Source: a virus
Taxonomy: Duplodnaviria > Caudoviricetes
Length of the DNA: 62,958 nucleotides
Strand: one strand, 5' to 3'
IMG/VR virus record: IMGVR_UViG_3300044648_000169
Span: 1 to 62,958 of that record
Shown here: positions 46,519-56,400 of the stretch, one piece after another
How the letters are laid out: each line of letters begins with the position of its first letter
Numbering within the stretch: position 1 is the stretch's first letter
The notes under the pieces: model-generated
Databases searched by the model: none
The model's input: only the letters and a program-made list of their open reading frames with translations
Told to the model about the DNA's origin: nothing
Made by a program: the position numbers and the translations under genes

Positions 46519-48131
46519 GCATCATCCTCGCCCTGCAGCAGTTCATCGGCGCCAACAGCCAGGCGAACCCCAAGCAGTTGCCGGCCGGCGTGGGCATCAC
46601 CGCCCGCAACCTGGACACCTCACACGGTGACTTTCGGGGGCTCAAGGCGGCCGACACGTGCCACACGCTCACCGGCCTTGGATCACAGCAGATCAGCCTG
46701 TACCGCTTCGGCCGCGACACGCCGAGCGACACCCAATACTGGCTTACCGCCAGCATTGACCAGGACTGGATGCGTTCGCTGATCGCCCTGGACACCACCG
46801 AGCGCACCTACTGGACCGATGGCGTCAAGCCGCGCTACACCGACAACACCCTGATCGGATCGCCGCCCTACCCCACGGGTTCGGTGACCCTGGGCGTGCC
46901 GGCGCCGGACGCCGCCATGTCGGCGACGCTGGCGGTGGCCGGGACCGGCCCGGACGAGACCCGCATTTACCTGGACACGTTCATGCGCGCCAACGGCGAC
47001 GAGAGCGCGCCCAACGCCCAGACGGTCAGCATCACGGTCAAGGGTGGATCGACTGTCACGCTCAACGGCTTCGATTCGGTGCCCGCGGGCTCGCACGGCA
47101 TCACCAAGCGTCGGATCTACGTGTCCACCGGGGGCGACTTCCAACGGGTGGCCGAGATCACCAGCGCCACGGCGTCGACCGTGGACAGCGGCACCCGCGG
47201 CGCGATCCTGCAGACCGGCGGCTCAACCACCAAGCCCGCATGGCTGGAGCCGCCAGATGCCCTCATCGGGTTGACCGCGCTGTGGGGCGGGATGGCTGGC
47301 GGGTTCGTGGGCAAGAGCTACCGGACCTGCGTGCCAGGCTTCGTCCACGCCTGGCCCATCGAGTACGAGGGCATCGTGCCAGACACCATCGTGGGCTCCG
47401 CCGTCTTCGGCACGCAATGGGTGTTGACCACGACCGGCACGCCCTACGTGGTCACCGGCTCCACGCCGGCCAGCATGCGGCACCAGCAGGTCTACTTCGA
47501 GCAGGCCTGCGTTTCCAAGCGCTCCACGGTCAGCGTCAAGCACGGTGTGTGCTGGGCCTCCAAAGAGGGGCTGTGCTACTACGGATCGAACGGCCCCCCC
47601 CGCATCCTCACTGAGGGCTTCATCAGCCTGTCCGAGTGGCAAGCGCTCGACCCCACCTCGATCATCGGCGCCTTCTGGAAGGGCTGGTACATCGGCTTCT
47701 ACTACAACGGCGTCGATCGCAAGGGGTTCATGGTCAACACCGTGAACCCCACCGCCGTGATCTGGTTGGACCAGGGCGCGTTCGGGGTCTTCTCGGACTC
47801 CATCAGCGGCAACCTGTACCTGCTGAGCACGTCGTTCGCCATCCGCAAGTGGTATTCGGGCGGCCTGCTGTCGGCGACCTTCCGCACCGGCACCACCAGG
47901 GCGAAGGTGGAGAGCAACCCAAGCGTGGCGCTGGTGGTGGGGACCGACTACACCAGTGCGAGCCTGAAGCTCTACGCTGACGGCAGCCTCAAGCACACCA
48001 GGACGCTGACCAGCCGCGAACCGTTCCGGCTGCCTGGCGGGTACGTGGCGCGCGACTTCGCCGTTGAGCTGGCCGGCACCGGCCCGATCGAGGGCGCAAT
48101 CGTGGCGGATGAGATGGTGGATCTGCCATGA
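46515..48131 (+). CDS. tail tubular/nozzle protein
   Basis: LGVPAP, HAWP, QACVSKRS, FRLPGG. Confidence 0.7.
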   Translation: MSIILALQQFIGANSQANPKQLPAGVGITARNLDTSHGDFRGLKAADTCHTLTGLGSQQISLYRFGRDTPSDTQYWLTASIDQDWMRSLIALDTTERTYWTDGVKPRYTDNTLIGSPPYPTGSVTLGVPAPDAAMSATLAVAGTGPDETRIYLDTFMRANGDESAPNAQTVSITVKGGSTVTLNGFDSVPAGSHGITKRRIYVSTGGDFQRVAEITSATASTVDSGTRGAILQTGGSTTKPAWLEPPDALIGLTALWGGMAGGFVGKSYRTCVPGFVHAWPIEYEGIVPDTIVGSAVFGTQWVLTTTGTPYVVTGSTPASMRHQQVYFEQACVSKRSTVSVKHGVCWASKEGLCYYGSNGPPRILTEGFISLSEWQALDPTSIIGAFWKGWYIGFYYNGVDRKGFMVNTVNPTAVIWLDQGAFGVFSDSISGNLYLLSTSFAIRKWYSGGLLSATFRTGTTRAKVESNPSVALVVGTDYTSASLKLYADGSLKHTRTLTSREPFRLPGGYVARDFAVELAGTGPIEGAIVADEMVDLP

Positions 48132-49561
48132 CCACCTCCTATGCCCCAACGATCCCGGACGTCACCCCCTACGCCGGGCTGGACGAGATCCGCGCCGCGA
48201 CCATTGCGCTCAAGAGCTACGTCGACGCCCGCGAGCCAGAGCAGGAAGGCGACCCGCTCGACAAGGTGATTACCTGGCGCGACGCGGTGGCCGCAGACCT
48301 GGCTGTCTATGAGCTGGGCTCGCCGGGCGGTGGTGGTCCCGGGGGCGGCATTTTCCGCCCGCCGCCGCGGGGCGGGCTTGGCGGCTGGGACGACCTGACC
48401 CCACCAGATCCCCTGGACAACCTGGTGGTGACCTCGATCCCCACGGGCTTCTTCGTGGAGTTCGACGCGCCCATCTACCGCCAGGGCGGCGGCAACGCCT
48501 ACTCGATCATCTACCAGGCGAACTACAGCGGCGCCGGGCCACTTCCGACGTTCTCCAGTGCGGTGGAAGTCGGGCGGGTCACCGAGCGTGGCGTGATCCT
48601 CGTCCTCTCAGCCGAGCCTGGCGTTCAGGGGCACTTCTGGGCCCAGCCGGTGAGCTTCGCCGAGGACTACAACCGCCTGGCCCCACAGACCACGCCCACC
48701 GGCGGCACGAACGGTGTCAGCGAGGTGGCCGGGCAACTCAGCGACGACCACATCGCCGACCTGAGCGCGGGCAAGTTGACCGCCGGCACCATCGGCGTGA
48801 GCGAGTACATCGAGAGCACCGGCTACGACCCCGGTGTCTACGGCTGGCGGATCGACGGCGACGGCGATGCGTTCTTCAACAACGTCGAGGTGCGCGGCAC
48901 CATCTACGCCACGGCCGGCCTGATCGGCGGCGCGGTGATCGACGCAGATGGCGTGGAGTCCGACAACTACGTGGTGGACACCAGCGGCTGGCGGCTGGAC
49001 AACGACACGGGGACCGCCTACCTCAACGACGTGCAACTGCCGGTCGGCACGGTCACGGAGACCAACAGGGACTATTCGGCGTCGGATGTGATCGCATGGC
49101 CGACTGCCGCGGGCCTGTGGGATCCCTACCCAAAGAGCGGCGCGGGCATCGTGGGTGTCGACCACGTGCGCAACACCGGCGTGTTGGTGATTCGCGCTGA
49201 CGTGACCCTGAACATGCAGCTCGCCACCGCTGGCGTGGAGGCCATTCGCGCGAAGGTCGGGATCGGCTGGAAGCCAACCGCCGCATCCCCGGACACGGAC
49301 TACGTGCCGATCCGCATCAGCGATGTGGTGGTGGCTGCCGTCAAAAGCAGCGCCACCGCCCGCACCAGCTCCGTGCCGGTGACCCTGAACTACCAGTTCT
49401 CGGTCGGCGAACTCACCCAGGGTACGAGCTACTACTTCTGCTTGAACCTCACCGACGTGGAAGCCTTGGACGCGGCCGGCGCGACGGTGGCGGTCACGGC
49501 CGGGGCAGACAACCAGATCCTGACCTCTGCCTTCATCGGCACCATCGAGAACAAGGTGTAA
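48128..49561 (+). CDS. tail fibre/tip protein
   Basis: IADLSAGKLTAGTI; GWRIDGDG..FNNVEVRGTIYA. Confidence 0.7.
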   Translation: MTTSYAPTIPDVTPYAGLDEIRAATIALKSYVDAREPEQEGDPLDKVITWRDAVAADLAVYELGSPGGGGPGGGIFRPPPRGGLGGWDDLTPPDPLDNLVVTSIPTGFFVEFDAPIYRQGGGNAYSIIYQANYSGAGPLPTFSSAVEVGRVTERGVILVLSAEPGVQGHFWAQPVSFAEDYNRLAPQTTPTGGTNGVSEVAGQLSDDHIADLSAGKLTAGTIGVSEYIESTGYDPGVYGWRIDGDGDAFFNNVEVRGTIYATAGLIGGAVIDADGVESDNYVVDTSGWRLDNDTGTAYLNDVQLPVGTVTETNRDYSASDVIAWPTAAGLWDPYPKSGAGIVGVDHVRNTGVLVIRADVTLNMQLATAGVEAIRAKVGIGWKPTAASPDTDYVPIRISDVVVAAVKSSATARTSSVPVTLNYQFSVGELTQGTSYYFCLNLTDVEALDAAGATVAVTAGADNQILTSAFIGTIENKV

Positions 49562-49564
49562 AGC

Positions 49565-49967
49565 ATGGACATCCTCGCCGCCGCCTTGGTCACTGGCATC
49601 CACCTGGTCAGCGTCCACTCCGAGCCCACCTACCCATGCGGGGAGACCGAGTGCTCCTACAACAACACCAACCCTGGGCTGTACCTGGTGATGCCCAGCG
49701 GCCTGACCGCAGGGGGTCTATCACAACAGCTACCGACAGGTCTCGGCCTACGCCGGCTGGACGTGGCAGACCGCCGATGGTCGCTTCGGCCTGACCGCGG
49801 GCGCAGCGGTGGGCTACCGGCACGCAACGCTGATGCCGATGCTGACGCCATCGGTTCGATTCGACCTGTCCGACCGCTGGGCCATTCGGCTGTCGGCGAT
49901 CCCCAAGCCGAAGTGGCCGCCCGAGGCGGCGGTGCTGCACCTGTCGCTCGAATACCGGCCAAAGTGA
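49565..49967 (+). pseudogene. small outer-membrane beta-barrel-like protein, +1 frameshift in a G5 run
   Basis: Deleting one G at 49712-49716 gives a 133-aa ORF with NNTNPGLY...GVYHNSY..SAYAGW...LHLSLEY. Confidence 0.65.
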
Positions 49968-50035
49968 TACGCAAGGATGCGTTGAGCGGCGTTCGTTGAA
50001 CCGGTCGGTTAGGCCTGTGCAAGTGCGGGCGGGTT

Positions 50036-50476
50036 GTGGCTGAAGATGCGCGCATGCGAATCGACGTTTCACAGAGCCCGGCACTTTTTGCGCTGGCCAG
50101 TGAACGACTCGGCGGCCACTACCGCGCCGAGTTGAACCACAAGCTCATCAGCGTCATCAGCCCGGCCGGCGTGCTCGCGCAAGCGGTGTTCACCGGCATC
50201 GCGCCGCAGATCAAGGCCGAACTGACGATGTGGGCGCGCCCCGATCGCGGGCTGGCCGGGAGGCTGTTCCTGCGCACGGTGTTCAACGTGGTCTTCCAGC
50301 AGTGGAAGTGCAAACGGCTGCACGCGGTCACCCGCGAATCGAACCTGCCGGCGCAGCGCGCGCTGAACGATGCCGGGTTCCTGCACGAGGCCACCCTGCG
50401 GGCGTGGTTCGGGGCCGAGGACGGAATGATGTTTCGCATGTTGGCCACGGAATGCCAGTGGCTCTCGAAGGAGTAG
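50036..50476 (+). CDS. GNAT-family acetyltransferase
   Basis: VFQQWKCKRL...N..AQR...GF.HEA.LR. Confidence 0.75.
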   Translation: MAEDARMRIDVSQSPALFALASERLGGHYRAELNHKLISVISPAGVLAQAVFTGIAPQIKAELTMWARPDRGLAGRLFLRTVFNVVFQQWKCKRLHAVTRESNLPAQRALNDAGFLHEATLRAWFGAEDGMMFRMLATECQWLSKE

Positions 50477-50479
50477 AAG

Positions 50480-51550
50480 ATGGACGTTGACGCACCCAGC
50501 CCAGATCCCGCGATCGGCGAGGCCTCAAAGGAGAGCATCCAGCTTGCACGCGACCAGTTCGCGGCCCAGCAAGCCCTGCTGCAGGAGTTCAAGCCGCTCT
50601 ACATGGACCAGATCGCCCTGGCCCAGAAGCAGCAAGAAACCAACCTCGCGCGCTCCGACCAGGCCTGGAACGACTACCAGACCACCTTCCGACCGCTCGA
50701 GCAGAAGATGGCTTCGACGGTGGCCGGGTACGACACCCAGGACCGCCGCGACCAGGCCGCGAACGAAGCGATGGGAGGCGTGGCCTCGACCTTCGACACC
50801 GCGCGCCAGGGCCTGACCGAAAGCCTGCAAGCTCAAAGTGCTGCTGGCAGTGGCCGCGGGCTGGCGATGGGCAACGTGCTGGCGATCGAGGAAGCCAAGG
50901 CCAAGGCTGGCGCGGGCAACACCGCCCGGCGCAATGTCGAAGCGACGGGCCTGAGCCTGCTGGGCTCGGCGACGAACTTCGGCCGGGGCCTGACCAACAC
51001 CGGCTTGCAGACGGGCCAGGCCGCCAATGCGAACGGCCAGGGCGTGATGGGCGGGGTGTCGGGGCTGTCGGGCCTGACTGGCGCCGGCTACTCGCAGGCG
51101 CTGCAGGGCTACGGGGTCGGCATCAACGGCCTGCTCGGGCAGTACCAGGCCAGCAACCAATCCACCGGCCAGCAGAACGCCATCTTCGGCGACATCCTGG
51201 GTGCCGGGATGATGGCCTACGGCATGTCGTCCAAGGACTTCAAGGAGACGGACGGCAACAAGGTCAGTGGCAAGAAGGCGCTCGACGGCCTGGCCGCGCT
51301 CGACATTGAGCACTGGACCTACAAGCCCGGCATGGGTGACGGCAAAGCGCACATCGGCGGTTACGCCGAGGACGTGAACCGCGAGTTCGGCGACAAGGCC
51401 GCACCTGGCGGCAAGGTGATCGACATGCAGCGCATGGGCCGCATCAACGCCCAGGCGATCACCGAGTTGGCCAAGGTGATGGACGACCTGGAAGCCGCCG
51501 CTTCCGCAATCGAGAAGCGCCACGGCGCCAAGGGGCGCAAGCATGCCTAA
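50480..51550 (+). CDS. internal virion/ejection protein with S74-chaperone-like C-terminus
   Basis: APSPDPAIG; SSKDFKE...WTYK...HIGGYAED. Confidence 0.7.
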   Translation: MDVDAPSPDPAIGEASKESIQLARDQFAAQQALLQEFKPLYMDQIALAQKQQETNLARSDQAWNDYQTTFRPLEQKMASTVAGYDTQDRRDQAANEAMGGVASTFDTARQGLTESLQAQSAAGSGRGLAMGNVLAIEEAKAKAGAGNTARRNVEATGLSLLGSATNFGRGLTNTGLQTGQAANANGQGVMGGVSGLSGLTGAGYSQALQGYGVGINGLLGQYQASNQSTGQQNAIFGDILGAGMMAYGMSSKDFKETDGNKVSGKKALDGLAALDIEHWTYKPGMGDGKAHIGGYAEDVNREFGDKAAPGGKVIDMQRMGRINAQAITELAKVMDDLEAAASAIEKRHGAKGRKHA

Positions 51551-52307
51551 CGCATGGGACAAGTTTTTCGGCAAGCAGTGGGACCAGAACAAGAAGTGGG
51601 ACCCGCTCACGCACGGCCTGCTGGAGGCGGTGGTCAAGCAGGACTCGCACAACATCGCGGCGATCGACCACGGCATCAGCAAGATGTTCGGCGGCGACGG
51701 CTCGACGGTGCTGGGCGATGAGGCCCGCAAGGTGGAGAACGACCCCAAGCGAGGGGTAGGCCGGGCGGCGCTGGTGGCTGGTGCCATCTACGGTGCCGGC
51801 GCCATGGCGGGCAGCGGCGCCGGGGGTGCTGGCGCTGGCACGGGGGCGGGCGCAGGAGCCGGCGGCGCTGGTGCCGGTAGCTCAGGCATTGGCTCGGCCG
51901 GCGCCAGTGGCGCGACCAACGGGGCCTTGATCGACAGCTACCTGGGCACCACCGGCTACGGGGCCAGTTCGGCTGGCGCGGGGGGTGGCGCTGGTGGCGC
52001 GGCCGGCTTCGACTGGACCAAGATGGGCCAGCAGATGCAGGGCATGGGCGACGACGGCCAGGGTGGTGGTGCGGACGACATCACCCAGGTGGACCTCGCC
52101 GCGCTGGCCATGCAGGAGGAAATGCGCCGGCGCGAGCTGGACGCGATGGCCACCAGCAGCAAGAAGGCGAAGACGCCCGGCGGCGGATTGGCGGACCTGT
52201 CCGACCCCATCGACCACACCGGCGCACAGATCGCCGCGATCAAACACCTGGCGGAACGCGCTTCCGCGCTGCGCACGCGCCTGGCTGCGCTCAAGAAAGG
52301 GAAGTGA
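51543..52307 (+). CDS. Gly-rich ejection protein
   Basis: Gly/Ala-rich hydrophobic core; position in the ejection cluster. Confidence 0.6.
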   Translation: MPNAWDKFFGKQWDQNKKWDPLTHGLLEAVVKQDSHNIAAIDHGISKMFGGDGSTVLGDEARKVENDPKRGVGRAALVAGAIYGAGAMAGSGAGGAGAGTGAGAGAGGAGAGSSGIGSAGASGATNGALIDSYLGTTGYGASSAGAGGGAGGAAGFDWTKMGQQMQGMGDDGQGGGADDITQVDLAALAMQEEMRRRELDAMATSSKKAKTPGGGLADLSDPIDHTGAQIAAIKHLAERASALRTRLAALKKGK

Positions 52308-52308
52308 C

Positions 52309-53481
52309 ATGGCACAGCAAGGACTCGGCCTGATGCAGGCCTTGGGCGCCTACCAGCAGGGCCGCGCGTGGCGCGACAACCAGCAGCAGGTGACCCGGCA
52401 GCAGGACCAACTGGCCGAACAGAAGGCCCGCGAGGACAAGATCAAGGCGGCGAACCAGGCCGCGATCGGCTACCTCGATGAAGCCAAGAAGGCGCACGAC
52501 GCCGAGCAGGCCAAAGCCCTCGAAGAGTGGACCCGCACCAAGGGCTCGGGCGAGGGGTTCCAGGCCAAGCCCTGGCAGACCAACGACGCGGTGATGTTCC
52601 GTGCTGCGGCGGCCCGCGGCGACGCGCTGCTGCAGGGCGGGCTGTTCGACGAGTACGCCAAGAACCGGGCAGCCATCATCCCCATGCAGATGCAGGCCCG
52701 CCGGGCGGCCTGGGAGAAGTTCCAGACGGATGGAGACCACGGCGAACTGGGACGCGCCTTCTACGACACGGTGCCCAACGGCCGGCACGTCAAGGCCTAC
52801 GACGTGGCCGAGGCCCCGGGCCCGGACGGCAAGACCAAGGGCAAGAAGCTGCGCTTTCACATGGACGACGGCACCGTGCAGTTCATGGCGCCCGAGCAGG
52901 TGGAGGCCCTGGCCAAGCGGGCAATGACCGACCCGCAGAAGGTCATGGAGAACGAGTTCGCGCTGGACCTGTGGAAGGCCAAGGAGAAGGTGCGCGCCGA
53001 GGGTGACAAGGACGTCAACGCCCACAAGCACGGTCTGTCGATGCTCGAGATTCAGGAGCGCAACAAGGGCACGCAGGCCGTGGCCGAGACACGATCCGAA
53101 GCCACCACCGAGGCGGCCAAGATTCGCGCCAGCGCGAAGGGCAGCAGCGGCAGTGGCGGTGGCAGCAAGGGCTCCAACGTCCAGAGCGTGCAGACCGACA
53201 AGGACGGCTACAAGGTCATCGTCTTCCGCGACGGCACCACCAAGCCGATGAGCATGAACGGCAAGCCAGTGCGCGCGCAGGACTGGTCCAAGCGGGTGGA
53301 CAAGCTCGCCAAGGATTTGGGCAGCACCCTGGGTGGCTTCAAAAAGTCGCCCGAGGAACTGCGCGCCCAGGCCGAGACGATGCTGGCCGGCGAAGCCGCG
53401 CCCACCGAAGACGCCAAGCCGGCCGAAACGCCGAAGCCCACCAACAAGCCGGGCGTGAAGTTCCTCGGCTTCGAGAAGTGA
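52309..53481 (+). CDS. ejection protein
   Basis: MAQQGLG start; helical 390 aa. Confidence 0.65.
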   Translation: MAQQGLGLMQALGAYQQGRAWRDNQQQVTRQQDQLAEQKAREDKIKAANQAAIGYLDEAKKAHDAEQAKALEEWTRTKGSGEGFQAKPWQTNDAVMFRAAAARGDALLQGGLFDEYAKNRAAIIPMQMQARRAAWEKFQTDGDHGELGRAFYDTVPNGRHVKAYDVAEAPGPDGKTKGKKLRFHMDDGTVQFMAPEQVEALAKRAMTDPQKVMENEFALDLWKAKEKVRAEGDKDVNAHKHGLSMLEIQERNKGTQAVAETRSEATTEAAKIRASAKGSSGSGGGSKGSNVQSVQTDKDGYKVIVFRDGTTKPMSMNGKPVRAQDWSKRVDKLAKDLGSTLGGFKKSPEELRAQAETMLAGEAAPTEDAKPAETPKPTNKPGVKFLGFEK

Positions 53482-53484
53482 CCC

Positions 53485-56400
53485 ATGCCGATTGCACGCT
53501 TTGAACTGCCAGACGGTCGCATCGGCCGCTTCGAGGTGCCGGACGGCACGAGCGAGGACGATGCGATCTCCCTGATACAGCAGCACCTGGCCGACAACCC
53601 GGTGGCAGACAAGGCCGCGCGCCCGCTGCCCGAAGGCGTGACGCCATCGGATGCCGGCGCCGGCCGCGGCAGCGTGCGCCCGCACGGCCCGACGCTGCGT
53701 GAACGGCTGTTCGATCCCAGCGTGCGAACCGCCCCGCAGCCTGTCCAGCGCCGCGGCGGCACGCGGTCGGAGGCTCGGCCGTTCGTGGCCACCGGGCGCG
53801 ACACCACGGCAGCCGAAGTAGGCGAGGCCATCGGCGGAACCCTGGCCGGCACAGCGGCCCTGGGCATGGAGAAGGGCCTGGGGGTCATGCTGGACCTGCA
53901 GAACAGCGAAGGCCGCGAGCCCGAGGCGCCGCCGCTGGACAACGCGCTGGAAGAACCGCCCGCCTACCCGCCGAACCAGCAGGAGGCGATTGCCCGGCAG
54001 AGCCTGCGCCCGGAAGTTGCCCAGCGCCGAGCGCGCGAGGCCAGCGCGCCGGCCGAGGCCCGGCCGTTCTCCACCGGCCAGAACATGGCCACCGACGTGC
54101 GCGAGGCCACGCAGAACCCGGTGGCGCGCGGCGTCGCGCAGGGCATTGGAACCATCGGCAAGGTGGGCCCGGGCGCACTGCGCATTGCGGCCGACTTCCT
54201 CGGCTCTGAGGGTCTGGGCGACCTGGCCAAGGCATCCGGCCGCGCCGCGGATGAGTTCTCCGGTGGCGTCACCAGCGATCTCAAGGGCAACGACAAGCTG
54301 GTGGCGCAGATCACCGGCTCCATCGTCAACTCGGCGCCTTCGCTCGCGCTGGGCGTGGTCGGCGGCCCGGCCCTCAAGACCCTCTTTGTCCAGTCCGCCC
54401 TGTCGGAATACAACGCCGGCCGCGATGCCGGGTTCGCGCCGGAAGAATCTCTGATGCGGGCCGGCATCATGGGCTTCGCCGAGGCCATCGGCGAACGCGC
54501 GGGCTTCCCTGAGCAGATCAAGCTGCTGAAGTCCCTGGCCAAGCACGTGCCCACCGATCGCCTATCGAAGGTCTTCGGCGACATGCTGGCCAAGGAGATC
54601 CCGGGCGAACAGTTGACCACCGCCCTGCAATTCATGGCGGACAAGGCGGGCCCGGCGGCGCTGAGCCCGGACGCCACGCTGGCCGACTACCTGGACCAGG
54701 CCGGCGAGACCCTGAAGGTCACCATCGGCCAGACGGCGGTGATGGGCGGCGGCCCGGCGGCGGTCGGCACCACGCGCAACGCGCTGCGCAAGGCGGACGC
54801 CGGTGCCACGTCGGCCGCGCCAGACCCCGCGGTGATCCTGGCCAGCGCCATCGACCAGGCCGCCAACGACTTCGGCCTGAGCCCCAAGGCCACCGCCGCG
54901 CTGCGGGACAAGGCCAACACCATGCCCGCCGAACAGGCCGCGGGCTTCGTGGAGCGCGCGCTGGCCGAGTTCGAGCGCGGCAACCTGGTGCGCAAGCCCG
55001 GCGCGGCGGCCGGCTTCAAGCAGACCCTGAACGACCTGGCCGAGAAGGCGCAGGCCGAAGCCGAGTCCCAACCGGCCGAGCCGGAAGCAGCGCCCGCGCC
55101 CGAAGCCGCACCAGAGCAAACGCGCTTCGACGCTGGCGCCATGCTGGAAGGCGACGACTTCAGCGGACTGGACACCCCGGCGCAAGCCGGCCCGGCAATG
55201 ACCGCCCCGGGTTCAAGTGCGGTCGAAGAAGGAAGCCCCGATGCAGAAGTAGAAGCCATTGATTCGTCGTCGACAGCGGCGCAGGTAGGAGTGCCTGCGT
55301 CGCCCATCGAAGGCGAGCCCATCAATCGCAACTGGTCGGCTTTCACACCCGAATCCGGCAGCCTTGGCATTCCCAGGGAGCAGATGCCCCAGGTGAAGGC
55401 TGAGCACCGAGGCGCGCTCACCAACTTCCTGAACGCCCGCGGCATCACACACGAATCCGGCGAGGTGCCGGCGCATGTGCTGCGCCCGACGCAAGCCGAG
55501 TTCTCGCCCCGCAAGGTCGAGCAGGCCGCCGACTTCACCGGCGGCAACCGGGCCGTGCTGGTGAGCAAGGACGGTTTCATCATCGACGGCACCCACCAGT
55601 GGGCGGCCGCCCGCGAGGCCGGCGCGGCGATCAAGGTGATCCGCTTCGACGCCCCCATTCAAGACCTGCTGCGCCTGGCCCAGCAGTTCCCCAGTTCGTT
55701 CTCATCGGGAGGTGCCAGCCGTGCTGGAAGTGGACCTGGATATGCCGAGCCTGCCGGACCTGCTGGAGCAGGGGCTGCTGACCCAGATGCAGGCGGACGA
55801 ACTGAACCACTGGTTCAAGGCGAGCTGCAACAGCCGGTACCCGCTGGAACTGCCGGAACCCCTGTACCGGGCCCTGCTGTACGCGACGGCGCTGGCGCAG
55901 ATGGACCTGGAGCGGGAAACGATGCACTGACGGTCGGCGCCGCGGTGGAGTTGGGCGGCAAGCCCTACACCGTCAAGGCCAAGAGCCCGAAGGTCATCCG
56001 CCTGACTGGCGAGGACGGCAAGGTCCGGGTCATCAGCAGCGACTCGGCCAACTGGTCGAAGATCAAGCCAGCGACTGCGAAGCCAGCAGCCCCCACCGAA
56101 GAATTCGCCGGCAAGCATGGCGAAGGCATGGCCGAGCACGTCGCCAAGGCCAACGCCATCCGCCTGCGCAAGGAGCGCCCGGACCTTGAATGGACCGTGG
56201 CCGAAGCCGACCCCGCCCGTAACCCCAAACTGAAAGCCGACCGCTATGTCGTTCAGGGCCGCCCGCTTCAACCCCAAGCCCCGGCAGCAGAAGCAGGAGC
56301 GCAGGCGGGAGGCGTGGAGCCGGCAGGATCAGCAGGAGAGGCCGCTGCCGCTTCCGGATCCGCCCAGGTGGAAGCCGATGGGCTGAGGGCGCAGCCGGCG

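Noticed and set aside
43851-49561. Diversity-generating retroelement as in BPP-1
   Set aside because: No reverse transcriptase and no TR/VR repeat pair seen
51780-52010. Gly/Ala DNA repeats
   Set aside because: Explained by low-complexity protein coding
55213-55300. Fourth nested ORF in the polyvalent gene
   Set aside because: Codon bias is disturbed, but the +1 frame closes after three codons and the antisense candidate has no clear start
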